DNA of 64,000 nucleotides from Octopus sinensis (GCF_006345805.1 NW_021834787.1:1-64000), one strand, 5' to 3'; shown: positions 10,400-23,865, counted from the stretch's first letter. The notes: generated by a model from the letters alone, not told the origin. Made by a program: numbers and translations.

Positions 10400-11290
10400 C
10401 ATACACGCATTTATACGGTTTACTACCCCGAGGGATAAAAGCAGTCAGAATCGTTAGTAAGTGAGACAAACTGCTTAGTGGCATTTTTTCCGGCTCTTTA
10501 CGTTCTGAGTTAAATTTCAACAGAGGTTTACTTTGTCTTTCATCCTTTCGGAGCCGATAAAAACAAAAAATTAAGTACCAGTTGAATACTGGGGTTGATG
10601 CAAATTAACTAGCCTCCTCTCACAAAATTTCAGGACTTTTGTCTGTAGAAGTAGTAATTACTAAGGCAGAGAACCGGTAGAATCGTTAGCACACCGGAAA
10701 AATTGCTTAGCGGTATTTCATCCAGGCGGCGAGCTGGCAGAAACGTTAGCACGCCGGGCGAAATGCGTAGCTGTATTTCGTCTGCCGCTACATTCTGAGT
10801 TCAAATTCCGCAGAGGTCGACTTTGCCTTTCATCCTTTCGGGGTCGATAAATTAAGTACCAGTTACGCACTGGGGTCGATATAATCGACTTAATCCGTTT
10901 GTCTGTCTTCGCTTGTCCTCTCTGTGTTTAGTCCCTTGTGGGTAGTAAAGAAATAGGTATTTCATCCGTCTTTACGTTCTGAGTTCAAATTCTGCCGAGG
11001 TCAACTTTGCCTTTCATCGTTTCGGGGGTTGATAATAGTGAAGTACTAGTTGCCTACTATCGACTAGCTCCATCCCTGAACTTTTTGTTTGGAACAGATA
11101 GGATTATCAAGACAGCGAGCTAACAGACTCGTTAGCGCGCCGGACAAAATGCTTAGCGGCATTTCGTCCGTCTTTACGTTTTGAATTTAAATTCCGCCGA
11201 GATCAGTTTGCCAAGAGCTGCCAAATATTGGGCTCGATGTAATCGACTAGCCCCCGTTCCCTAAATTTCCAGGCCTTGTGCCTATAGTAT
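10400..11290 (+). mobile_element. Cluster of ~5 co-oriented Meta-domain-like SINEs, one nested with a 12-bp TSD
   Basis: Repeated gtcgactttgcctttcatcctttcggggtcgataaattaagtaccag core; GGTATTTCATCC at 10712-23 and 10956-67 flanks the copy at 10724-10955. Confidence 0.8.
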
Positions 11291-11459
11291 CGGCTGCCCT
11301 TGGGATGACCCCCACCATCCAGTTTGGGGATTTTATAGTGTAATTTTATTGATGATTGTAATTGTTAGTTGTTAATTGCTACACGATTTTGTACTGCTTG
11401 TCTCTTTTGTTGTATTGTCTCTATATGATTTTTTCGGGCCTTGTGGCCAATAAAGAAAA

Positions 11460-11487
11460 CATTATTATTATTATTATTATTTTTATA

Positions 11488-11536
<49 letters not shown>

Positions 11537-11602
11537 TATTATTATTATATTATATTATTATTATTATTATCATTATCGTTATTATTATTATTATTATTAT
11601 TA

Positions 11603-11639
<37 letters not shown>

Positions 11640-11673
11640 CTATTACTATTATTATTATTATTATTATTATTAT
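11460..11673. repeat. (ATT)n microsatellite (resumes at 11930-12052)
   Basis: Directly visible. Confidence 0.95.
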
Positions 11674-11929
11674 CTTTATAGCGTGCTTTCACTTCACTAC
11701 CGAGCGCAGCTCTGTGTGCCTTGGGTATGTGCTGTGATTTGTTGTGATGCTCTGATGGTTATGGTATGGAAAGTGTTCTGCGTAGGATGTGTGCAGTGCC
11801 TAGTAGTGCAATTTTCTGTATGTTATATGTGTGTAAGTCCTGGTGTTTTTGTTATGTCTTACAAACACATATAACATACAGAAAATTGCACTACTAGGCA
11901 CTGAACACATCCTACGCAGAACACTTTCC
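11674..11929 (-). mobile_element. 5'-truncated R4/Dong-like LINE 3' end with fold-back inverted duplication
   Basis: Minus strand encodes YNIQKIALLGTAHILRRTLS, then 3'UTR and (TAA)n; 11768-11837 is inverted at 11858-11929. Confidence 0.8.
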
Positions 11930-11988
<59 letters not shown>

Positions 11989-11993
11989 TTTAA

Positions 11994-12052
<59 letters not shown>

Positions 12053-12053
<1 letters not shown>

Positions 12054-15000
12054 ATTTTTTTTCTTCTTTCAAATTTGCTTCCATTTCTTGCCGAGTGTCT
12101 TCCCGACTCCTAGGGCAAAGAAACTCATAGTATACATTGGTAGGCCATTAAACCAAACTCAGTAGTTCGTTCATTTAAAAAAATTTTTTTTTTTAAGTTA
12201 AATTAAAATACATGAGCAGCAACAGTTCTCACATCGACAATGCTCTTCTCAATACGTGTGATGTACCAGTTAAGACAATCTTTTGCACTTCTTGCAGGGA
12301 TGGTAAGCCAGGGATCATTCTCATATAATTTTCGGTTCCCTTCGTGATCATTCCTAGTGCTCCTACGATCACTGGTATTGTAACCGCCTTGAGATGCCAC
12401 ATTTTCTCAATTTCAATGAGTAGGTCTTTATATTTTCTGAGCTTGTCAAACTCTTTCGCTGAGATATTATGATCACAGGGGATGCTCATGTCGATCAATA
12501 AGCAAACTTTATTGTTTTGGTCTTTCACAACAATATCTGGTTTATTGGCCTTGATGGTTCGGTCTGTATGTACTGGAAAGTCCCACAGAATGGTTACATT
12601 TTCTCCTTCAGTTACAGCCTCAGGGTGGTGATTATACCACTTGTCGGCAGTTTTGATATTGTAATGCCGACTTATTAGCCAGTGGAGATATTGGCCAACT
12701 CTGTCATGTCTTAATTTATACTCCACTGGTGCTAAGACTTTACATCCAGAGATTAGGTGGTCCACTGTTTCAATCATGTCGTTGCAGAATCAGCATTTTG
12801 GGTCTGCTCCATTTTTCATCACATTGGCCTGGTAGTTCCGGGTTAATAGGCTTTGATCTTGAGCAGCCAGGATGAAACCTTCGCTCTCTGCTTTTAGCCC
12901 TGAGCTCCGTAGCCACTGATGGGTTTGCTTCTGGTCAACATCAGCTTGTTTGCTGCGGGTCACATATTTGCCGTGCAGAGGTTTCTCCTCCCACCTATCA
13001 GCCAATGCTCGTGCGCTTTCTTCATTGCCATCATTTTCACCTTCTTTGCAACAATAGTTGCCGTACTTCCCTCGGGTTGTTCAGTTTGGGTATCCTGCAC
13101 GAGATCAATAGCAAATTTTTTGCTTTCCTTTATGATAGAATGAAGCTTCTTTCGTCTCTCGTGATTTTCCACGAGCTTTAGCATCCAGTCATTCGATATT
13201 TCGAGATATTTGGCCAGTCCAATTGTGGTTGTTTTGTAAGCTAGTTCAAATTGGATCAGGCCTCGACCTCCTTGGGCTCTGGAAGGTAAAGGCGATCTAC
13301 GTCTGCCTTTGGGTGGTGCATCCTATTACAACTCAGCAGCTTGCGTATTTTTCTATCTATATTCTTTACTTCACTCATATTCCAGTTCAACACATTGTAG
13401 CTATAAGTAACAACTGGAACTGCTAAGGAATTTATAGCTAACACCTTGTTATGTGCATTTAGTTCAGATTTCAGGACTGCACGAACTCTCCTATAACATT
13501 CCTTCCTGATTTTCTCTTTCATGCTTGCATGCTGAATACCAGAGCCTTCATTTATCCCTAAATATTTGTATGTTTGTTCTTGCTCAAGCTCTCTTATGAC
13601 TGTGTCAACATCTAACACGACTGAATTTGTGGTCTTCACTTTCCTTTCTGGAAAGTGGCCTTGGCACACTTCTCAAGTCCAAACTCCATCCCGATGTCAT
13701 CGCTGAATGCTTTCACGGTGCGCAATAGGCCTTCAAGTTCATTATTGTCTTTACCATAAAGTTTTAAGTCATCCATATAAAATAGATGGCTTATTTTTTT
13801 ATTGGCAATTTTATACCCATACCCTGTTCTGTTTAATTCACTTGTAAGGGGTATTAGGGCTATGCAGAATATTAAAGGTGAAAGTGAGTCACCTTGAAAA
13901 ATTCCACAGTTGATGTTTATATTTTCTGAGGCAAGTAGTCCATTAGAGTGGTATAATTGGAGATTCGTATTCCACAACGACATTTGTGCTTCAGGAAGTT
14001 TGAAATCACAGGGGAAATTTTGAAGATGTCCAGCGATCTCAAGATCCATGGATGCGGTATACTGTCGAAGGCCTTTTTGTAGTCAATCCATGCGGTGCTG
14101 AGATTTCTGCGCTTGTTGTGACAGTTCTCAAGGATCATACGATTGATTAGCAGTTGATCTTGCATCCGTAAGAGCCTCGGCGGCATCCTTTTTGTTCAAT
14201 GGGAAAATATCGTTCTTCTCCATGAATGCATATGTTTTCTCCGCCAGGATAGATGTTAGGATTTTATACGTGTGGGATAGACAGGTTATAGGCCGATAGT
14301 TTTTTGGAAGGTTGGTTTCGTTATTCTTTGGGAGTAGGTAAGTAATGCCACTTGCTAACCATTCAGGTGTTTTCTTTGGGTCTCTCATAATTCCATTGAG
14401 CAGCTGAACTAGCTTACCGTGTGCGCATGGGAGCGATGCGAGCCAGAAATTCGGCACCCTATCTTTACCGGGGGATTTCCAATTATGGGCCTTCGTGAGT
14501 GCCTTTCTTAGGTCTGCTATTGTGATGTCTTCCCATGCTTGTTGTTGTAAATTTGTATAATCCAGTCTGCATCTATGGTGTACGTTTTCTTGTCACTCCA
14601 AATCCTTTTCCAAAAGTTTTGAATTTCTTCCATGGGAGGGTGGTCTTTAACGGTTACTTTCTCCTTCCCTATTTCTCTAGAATTTTTTGGCATTGGATGT
14701 GAACAGCTTATTTTGCTTGTAAAACTTGTTTCTCTTCTCAAATCTTCGTATTCTTTGGGCTTTTGCTTGGACTTTTTGTTTCAGCGTTTCTTTTATTGAT
14801 ATCAGTTCTTCTCTTGGTGAGGATCCAAATTTTCTCTTCATCTTTCTTCCTGTTCTGGATCTTACATCATTTCCACATATTAGTTCATTTAATATTGATA
14901 TTTCCCCTCTCATAAATTCAATCTCTTTTTCAATTTTACTTCTCCAGGTTTGATTTCTTCCCAGGTTTTGTTTTCTTTGTTTTTTTCGGGGGAATACAGC

Positions 15001-16828
15001 TGGTTTCAATTGCCCTAGCAGAAGCGTAAATAATTTCATTTAACTCAGTAAAATCAGGTTTTAATTCTCGTATTATTTCATTTGTTACATAGTTGCCAAT
15101 TTGGATTTGTTTTTTATTTTGGTTTGTATTTGAGAGTTTATGAAGTGGTTCTCTATCATTCATACTTGTATGTCTTACAACTTCAAGCGTATTCAGGATT
15201 TTCTCGCCTCATTTCTGCCATAGACTCTCTGTGTTCTTCAGCAAATGCGAGATCTTCAGTTACTGTTGTTTTTTCGTTTTCCTGGCTATCTTTAACAGGT
15301 ACAATAGAATTTCTTGTATCTTCAGGCCTTTGCGTACTTTGGTCAGATGGCAGTCTTTCAATTAAGCCTCGTGGCGGGCTATACTGTTCATCTGATTCTT
15401 CATTTCCTTTGTGTCTTATATTTATGTCATTTTCCGTTGCGTGCTTGATCGCGCTTATTTCACTGTCTGTGAGTCTGTTATTTCTAAGGATATCCCTCCT
15501 CACATTAGCTAATTTGTTCTCGTCCAAATAGGGCCTACTGTCTTGATTCCGTGTTCTCCATATACTGTAAGAGTTTGCGGCGTGTCTCTCTTGAGATGCA
15601 TAGTAATAAGCGTATATTACTTCTTTATACTCTTCTCGGGTCCATTTGTTCCGCTTACATTTTTCTTTCTGTGGTGGTTGTGGTGGTGAACTTGGAGGGC
15701 GGCTCGAGTTGGGAGATTTCCCGTTCAAGTGACCATCCATGCCCGTATTCGGAGAAGAGTTTGTGCCAGTTGATGACTTTTCGATCCCAGGCTGGCTCTT
15801 CCCTGGGGGACGCGCTTCCAGATTAACCATAGGACAAGCGATTTGGTATACTGATTTAGTTTTCCTTTTAGTTTCCAAAAACATTTTGGTGCTGCGATAA
15901 TGTTATCATTTTTTAGCTTTGATTGGCTCGTGGGGAGACGGCCATCATTGCCGTTACAATTATAATCGTACCATTATAGCAGCCGTAGTCGGCTTATTAT
16001 TGTTATTATCATCACCATTACCATCACTATCATCATTATCACCACCATTACCATCATCATTATCATCATCACCATCACCATCACCACCATCATCATCAAT
16101 GATATAGTTTTATGTGTAGTCACAGCAGTATCTTATTATTGTTATTTTTGTTTTTTTATCATTATCACCATCACAGTAGTGTCTGTCTGTCTCGTTGGCT
16201 AGCTTGGTGGTTGGCTGGCTGACTGTCTTCAACACCAGAGTTCTTGCCTGTCAAATAATACTTTCTTTGTGTTGGTTGAACTCTTTGAGTGTGTGTGTGT
16301 GTAGATAGATAGATAGATTATCAGCACTATTACTATCATTATTATCATCATCACCATCATCACCATCAGTGATTTTTTTTTTGTATATTTCGTGCAAGGT
16401 AATATTGTGGAGGTTGAAGTTGACTCCTCTAGAGATGTTTGTATGTCCAGTTAGAAGAACATGTGTGTTTTTGCAATAAAGAGTATATGTTTACATTTAT
16501 ATTTGAATATTCTGGGAGGAAGCAAAGAAAAGTCAGATTTTCATAGAAAGTTTTAGGGTTTTGCAAGTCCACAAAAAGAAAAGCGGGATGTTTTTAGAGA
16601 GAAGAAAAAAAAAAGGGTGCTTACAGAGGCAGTTGTGGGTATTAAAGTTTTTAAAGCCGATCGGATGTATGTTTGAAAGCTGCAGATATGTAAATTTGTA
16701 AATTTCTTAACCCACTTTGAAGAGAATTTCAAATACTCACGAGGTATTGTAAATGTTCCAGTCTTTGAGAGTTATTTTTCCCCGTTGCTAAACTGGCCCA
16801 TATTAGTGTTTCTATGGCTTTCAGCCAC
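12053..16828 (-). mobile_element. Near full-length R4/Dong-clade non-LTR retrotransposon in (TAA)n
   Basis: RT plus zinc knuckle plus PD-(D/E)xK endonuclease; 3' end runs into (TAA)n at 12052; 5' boundary inferred at the next (ATT)n (16829), uncertain between ~16300 and 16828. Confidence 0.85.
12229..15884 (-). pseudogene. Single ORF of the R4/Dong element, broken into ~11 segments
   Basis: KWTREEY N-terminus, YRPITCL, WIDYKKAFDSIPH, GIFQGDSLSPL, LFYMDDLKLY, C*FC..DHL..GC, HDRVG, NKPDIVV..LLIDMSIP; in-frame TGA at 12790-92 plus single-base frameshifts. Confidence 0.9.
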
Positions 16829-16841
16829 ATTATTATTATTA

Positions 16842-16888
<47 letters not shown>

Positions 16889-17161
16889 TATTATTATTAT
16901 TAATAATAAATCCCGCCGTGATTGACTTTCCATTCATCTTTTCAGCGTCGATAAAATAAGTACCAGTTGGGCACTGGGATCGATGTAATCGACTTAGTCT
17001 CTCCCCGCAAATTTCAGGCCTTGCGCCTATATTGGAAATGATAATAATAATAATAATAATAATAATAATATAATAATAATAATAATAATAATAATTATTA
17101 TTATTATTATCATTATCATCATCATCATCATCATCATCATCATTATATTATTATATTATTA

Positions 17162-17193
<32 letters not shown>

Positions 17194-17284
17194 TATTATT
17201 ATCATCATCATCATTATTTTTATTATTATTATTATTGTTATTATTATTATCATCACCATCATCATCATCATCATCATCATCATC

Positions 17285-17393
<109 letters not shown>

Positions 17394-17960
17394 CTTCATA
17401 CTGATAGAAACATTACCTCACCCAACAAAATGCTTAGCTGCATTTCTTCTGGATCTCTACGATCTGAGTTCAAATATCATTGAGGTGGTGGTGGTGGTGG
17501 TGGTAGTAGTAGTAGTAGTAAATGACCTCAAGTCGCTAAACATAGGTGTGGTAGCCAAAAACGAAACCAGATACTCTACAACGCACGCATTAACGCCCAA
17601 TTTTTTTATGGTTACGAGACGTATTCATCGCCAATTTTTTTCAGGATGTGGCGATGATGTGGTGAAGATGTAGCGGCGTTGGTTCGGAAAAGATTGGATT
17701 TACCGTTTCGAATAATCTTCCTGGATCTGAGCTGGAAACCTGTAGGCGAGATGCGAACGATAGATAGAGCTTCCAGAGAAGTGGTTGTATATGCCCCTAC
17801 CGGGACAATGGGACCCGATTTATGCGTCTAAAAACATTCCTGAGAACTTTCCACAATTCAATACTAGTAGGGGGTTGGAATTGTATTTTAGGCGCGCGAT
17901 GGGGTATTGTGGATTAACCCACAGGACAAAGGGATGTAAAAAGCATTAAAAAACCTGCTT

Positions 17961-19875
17961 ATATTTTAAACCAGAAAATCCAGAAAACCAGAAGATCCAG
18001 AAATCCGGGACAGCTCCAGCCCCAAACTTGCCGGTTAATTGGTCGGATATTATATTAATTTCACTAAACATTCTTTCCTCCCTAACAGTTGTTGCTGTGT
18101 TTACGCCCCTGTAACTTAGCGGTTCGGCAAAAGGGTCCGATACAATAGTACCAGGTTTAAAAATTTCCAACTATCTGATAAGTTCCGATTGGGTTTCTCG
18201 AAAGTGATAGATTGGACATGAAGCAACCGAAGAGGGCCAACAAGATCAGGTCTGGAGAGAATGTTAGGTTGGTTAGCGGACAGAAATAGTATTGGTTTCC
18301 TACAATTTAAGCCAGTTGGCTACATAGATCAAAGTTTGAGATCATTATGGTCAAGTTAGGTAGGACGCATAGACGGAGACCTGGAAGCTAAATGAGTTTT
18401 TCGCAGCACTCAAGGACTACATCGACCAGATTAGCAAGTTAGTGAAGTTGTAGTTGATGAAGCTCAGTCATCAACAACCGGTTATTAAGATTGAGGAAAT
18501 ATGAATCAATGGTGTTTAGTAAAGAGCTACTAATAAAGAGACATCGAATTCAGAGGGAGCCAGCTAACAAGAAGCGATTAGAAAATGGCCGCCGAGGTCG
18601 ACTTTGCCTTTCATCCTTTCGAGGTCGATAAATTAAGTACCAGTTACGCACTGGAGTCGATGTAATCGACTTAATCCATTTGTCTGTCCTTGTTTGTTCC
18701 CTCTGTGTTTAGCCCCTTGTGGGTAGTAAAGAAATAGATATACCATTACTTTAACATGAAATGCGAAAGATGCGTAATTAGAGCCAAAACACGTCCACAA
18801 AACAAGAAGGAAAGAAATTGTTTAAGGGATTCGGATGGAAATCTAATGTGGCAACACAGAAAAAAGGTCCAGGAACTGATGGTACTCCAGCTGAGGATAT
18901 TAACCATGGTGGGGATATGGTAGGAGAGTCCAGTTTGTGAAAGGTAGAAGAGTCCAGTTTGTTGGACATTGTTGTAGAGCTGAAAACGAGACAATTTCTA
19001 CTCTTCTCCTCTGGAAGCCATCTACTCGCGATACCAGAAGGCGCACACTCTCCTACCCTGATGTAATCTCCAGGGATACAGGCATCCAACAACAGGACCT
19101 CCGCAATGCTATGATGGACCATGAAGTCTGGCGTAACATGGTAAATTCCATTGTCTCGACAACAGTCGAACAATGATGATGATGGGGATATAGTGGTTGA
19201 TCTTATGACCGCACAAATTATTAACATACGGAATGGTTCACTAATTCCACAGGCTTGGAAAAATGCTATACAGTAGCGGACCTCTTACTCAGATTCCAGA
19301 AATACAAGAATACTATACAATACCATACAATATACTGAACCCCGCATTGAGTAAACATACCCTAGCTTTGAAGTTGGTTAATTTGCATACAGGGCGTCAA
19401 AAAGTCTTCTTCTTTAATTTTTTAAAGTGGATTAATAAAGATTAAACATATTCTGCTTCAGAATTGTATTACTTTGTAACTATATCTCTTAAATAAAATC
19501 ATGTTCTTTAATTTTCTTCATTTAATTTTCATCCTATAAATATAAACGTTACGATATATTTTAAGAATTTTAAGTGGATTAATAATTAACAGACAGACAC
19601 TGCTTTAGAAGTCCATTAATTTGAATTTGTTAAAAACTGTTCAGTTCTTTACTTTTCATACTTTATTTTATGTTTTAAACCAGAAAATCCAGAAAACTAG
19701 AAGATCCAGAAATCCGGGACAGCTCCAGCCCCAAACTTGCCGGTTAATTGGTCGGATATTATATTAATTTCACTAAACATTCTTTCCTCCCTAACAGTTG
19801 TTGCTGTGTTTACGCCCCTGTAACTTAGCGGTTCGGCAAAAGGCTCCGATACAATAAGTACCAGGTTTAAAAAGT
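17961..19875 (+). repeat. Pair of near-identical ~200-bp direct repeats (17961-18165 and 19672-19875)
   Basis: ccagaaaatccagaaaa...cggttcggcaaaag..tccgatacaat..gtaccaggtttaaaaa present twice. Confidence 0.85.
18740..19185 (+). mobile_element. RTE-like LINE 3' fragment
   Basis: RRVQFVGHCCRA..ISTLLLWKP..RRTLSYPDVISRDTG..AMMDHEVWR C-terminus followed by a (GAT)n tail. Confidence 0.65.
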
Positions 19876-20139
19876 AAAAAGTACTGAGGTTGTTTCATTC
19901 GACTCAAATTACCCGAGACGGTGCTCCTGCATGGCCGCAGTCTAATAAAAGATGCAACAAAAAATATCCTGGTAACTTAGCGGTTCGGCAAAAGCGACCG
20001 ATGGAATAAAAGTTCCAGCCTTAAATGAGTAATACCAGAGTCGATCTGTTCGACTAAAACTCTTCAGGGCGATGCTCCAGTATGGCCGCAGTCTAATGAC
20101 TGAAACAAGTAGAAGATAAAATATAAAGATATGCGTGAA

Positions 20140-20840
20140 GTTATATGTGTGTATGTGTGAATGTGTGTATGAGTATGCGTGTGTATGTGTATACGTGAAT
20201 GTATGTATGTGTATGCGGGCGTGTGTGTGCGTATATGTATGTATGTCCGTGTGAATGTGTGTTTATGTGAATGTGTGTATGTGTATGCGTGTGTGCGTGT
20301 ACGTGAGTGTGTATGCGTGTGAATGTGTGTATGTGTGTGTGTCGGTGTGTGTGTATGCATGTGAACTGTGTATGTGTATGCGTGTGCGTGTATATGTAAG
20401 TATGTCTGTATGAATGTGTGTGTGTGTCTGTGTGAATGTGTGTATGTGCGTGCATGTGTGTGTATGTGCGTGTATGTGTATGTATGTGTGAATGTGTGTG
20501 TGTCTGTGTGAATGTGTGTATGTGTGTGCATCTGTGTGTATGTACGTGTTTGTGTGTGCATGTGTGTGTATGTATGTGTTTGTGTGTGCATGTGTGTGTA
20601 TGTACGTGTTTGTGTATGTATGTATGTATGTATGTATGTATGTATGTATGTATGCGTGAATGTGTGCGTGTGTGTGTCAATGTGTATGTATCTGTGTGTG
20701 TGTGCATGTGTGGGTATGTGCGTGTGTGTATATATATATATGTGTATGTATGTATGTATGTATGTATGTATGTATCCATGTATCTATGTATATATATGTG
20801 AATGTGTGTGAATGTGTGTGTGTGTGTGTGCGCGCGCGAG
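20140..20840. repeat. Degenerate (TG)/(TATG) microsatellite
   Basis: Directly visible. Confidence 0.9.
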
Positions 20841-21518
20841 TGTATATTTATTAAAATTGTCTGTGCGTCTTAAGTGTCGTTTAGGCGTATTTCCGAGTTT
20901 GATTCCAGTTTAAACATTACACAGATACGTTTATGCATTTCTCTATTGGTATATAATTTACATTCTTGTGTGTGTGTGTGTGCGTGTGTGTCTGTGTGTG
21001 TGCGCGTGTGTGTCTGTGTGTTCGCGCGTGTGTATGCGTATGTATATGTGTGCGTGTGTATCTATGAGTGCATATACGTCGCCATTGTATATCATCTCAT
21101 CAAGTCTATAGCGACACTCCCGTTTCACAAAATATCTTAAATATGTACAACCATGACCTTATTGTATAGAAATATTCTTGCCAACTGATATGAGTGAGTG
21201 GTGTTGTTCCTTGTTGTTTTTGTTGTTGTTGTTGTTGTTGCTACAATTGCTGCACTTGCAAAAGAGTTTTAAAGACTAGTTGTAAATATATATATATATA
21301 TATACACACATATATGTACATATATATGTGTGTGCGTGTGTGTGTGTGCATATATATAGAAATCAATATATGTATATATTATATATATATACATATTATA
21401 TATGTATATATATATATATATTATATATATATATATATGTGTGTGTGTAAATATATATATGTATATATATATATATGTATGTATGTAAATATATATATGT
21501 ATATATATATATGTATAT

Positions 21519-21566
<48 letters not shown>

Positions 21567-21569
21567 ATT

Positions 21570-22470
21570 AAATAATAAGGGTAGAAATTGATATTAATTA
21601 ATTAAAACCAGTAGCTTTGCATATTTAAGCGTAGTCTGTATGGAGGTGCTTGGCTTAGTGGTTAGGGTGTTGAACTCATGATCGTAAGGTTGTGGTTTCG
21701 ATTCCTGAACCGGGTGATGCGTTGTGTTCTTGAACAAAACACTTCATCTTCACGTTGCTCCAGTCCACTCAGCTAGCAAAAATGAGTAATCCTGCGACCG
21801 ACCGGCGTCCCGTCCAAGTGGGGATTTTCTATGTCACTGAAACCGGGAAATCAGCTCTTATGAGCCTGGAATGGCTCGAGAAAGAACATATATTTAAGCG
21901 TAGTCTGTCGCTTACAAAACACAATTTCCAGAACTAGATACAGAACACTCAACCGAAATCGAGTATGTATAAAGTTCTACAAATTATATTTGAGCGTAAT
22001 TTTTCAAATCTCTTCACTTCGGCGCGCTGAGGCCGCTGACGATCTTGCAGATATCTGCGTGTTTGCATACGTAGATATTAACAAGTGAGACTATTGGTAC
22101 ATATGTAATCGTCTTTGGCGTTTTGCTGAGATTTTTCTTGAGAACACATTCTTCGTGGTAATGTGGCGATTTGACGTCTATGTTTAGCATATTAGGTGTC
22201 CACTTTAGTGGTAATTCCTCTAAATTTTGTAACACAAATTTTAACCTTCGGACTTTTAAAATATGCTAAGCCACTGGTTTTAATTGATTAATATCAATTT
22301 CTACCCTTATTATTTAATTTTAAATAAAAAAAATGTTCACTAACCGGTAACTTGGCTGCTGAAATTTATTAACTGCACAGAAATTCCCGGCCAAAGTAAA
22401 GACATTGGAAAAATACACTCAAATATAATTTGTAGAACTTTATACGTACTCGATTTCGATTGAGCGTTCT
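21570..22470. mobile_element. Composite of oppositely oriented pLTR-like repeats (interleaved inverted repeats)
   Basis: 21570-21625 is inverted at ~22262-22320 and ~21943-22005 is inverted at ~22405-22470; terminus ctacccttattatttaa resembles the array terminus; flanked by (TA)n. Confidence 0.55.
21640..21889 (+). mobile_element. tRNA-derived SINE (family B) with 19-bp TSD
   Basis: ATATTTAAGCGTAGTCTGT at 21621-39 and 21890-21908; A and B boxes present. Confidence 0.9.
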
Positions 22471-22613
22471 ATATATATATATATATAATATATATATATA
22501 TACATATTAGAGGGAAACCACTATGTGGACAGCCTTATGCTAGAAATATATATATATATAATATATATATATATATACATATATATACATACACACACAT
22601 ATATATATAATAC

Positions 22614-22675
<62 letters not shown>

Positions 22676-22852
22676 TTTAACTTTTACCTGTTTCAGTCAT
22701 TTGACTTCGACCATGCTGGAGTAACGCCTTCAGTCGAGCAAATCGACTCTAGGACTTATTCTTTGTAAGCCTAGTACTTATTCTATCGGGCTCTAAGTTA
22801 CGGGGACGTAAACACACCAGCATCGGTTGTCAAGCGATGTTGGGGTGGGGGT

Positions 22853-22935
<83 letters not shown>

Positions 22936-23085
22936 GACGATATATACCGCGATATTCAAGGGATTACTGTAGCGTATATTGTACGTGTTTAACATCAACA
23001 TAGATGTCATTTACTTAATTATACAATAACTACTATGAAATCACGTATTACTTTAACAATTAAAAAATGGATTAAATCTTTTAAT

Positions 23086-23463
23086 CTTTTACTTGTTTCA
23101 GTCATTTGAGTGCGGCCATGCTGGAGCACCGCCTTTAGTCGAGCAAATCGACCCCAGGGCTTGTTCTTTGTAAGCCTAGTACTTATTCTATCGGTCTCTT
23201 TTGCCGAACCGCTAAGTTACGGGGACATGAACACACCAGCATCGGTTGTCAAGTGATGTTGGGAGGACAAACACACACACATATATATAAACATATACAC
23301 GGCAGGCTTCTTTCAGTTTCCGTCTACCAAACCCACCAACAAGGCTTTGGTCGACCCGAGGCTATAGTAGAAGACACTTGCCCAAGGTGACACGCAGTGG
23401 GACTGAACCCGGAACCATGTGGTTGGTAAGCAAGCTACTTACCACACAGCCACTCCTGCGCCT
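23086..23463 (-). mobile_element. SINE family A, full length
   Basis: Matches 7940-8332. Confidence 0.85.
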
Positions 23464-23525
23464 ATTGAGTATTTGCTTTTCGTATTTAATATATATATAT
23501 ATACATACATACATACATACATACA

Positions 23526-23623
<98 letters not shown>

Positions 23624-23639
23624 GTGTGTGTGTAGTGAA

Positions 23640-23865
23640 GGCGCGTGGTGGTTTAGTGGTTAGGGCATTCCTCTCATGATCGTAAGGTCGTGAAGTCAAT
23701 TCCCGGCAACGCGTTGTGTTCTTGCTCCAGTCCGCTCAGCTGGCGGAAATGTGTAATCTTGCGATGGACTGGCGTCCCATCCAGGATGGGGGAGGATGTA
23801 TATACACCACAAAGTTCGGGGAAACTGGCCTTATGAGCCTATGGCACAGGAAGGACCTTTGATAC
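23640..23865 (+). mobile_element. SINE family B
   Basis: ggcgcgtggtggtttagtggttagggcattc head; body like 21640-21889. Confidence 0.75.

Noticed and set aside
15900-16828. HDV-like ribozyme at the 5' end of the R4/Dong element
   Set aside because: Partial motifs (cgt-ctcccc-acg, gctaa) lack matching P1, P1.1 and P2 pairings
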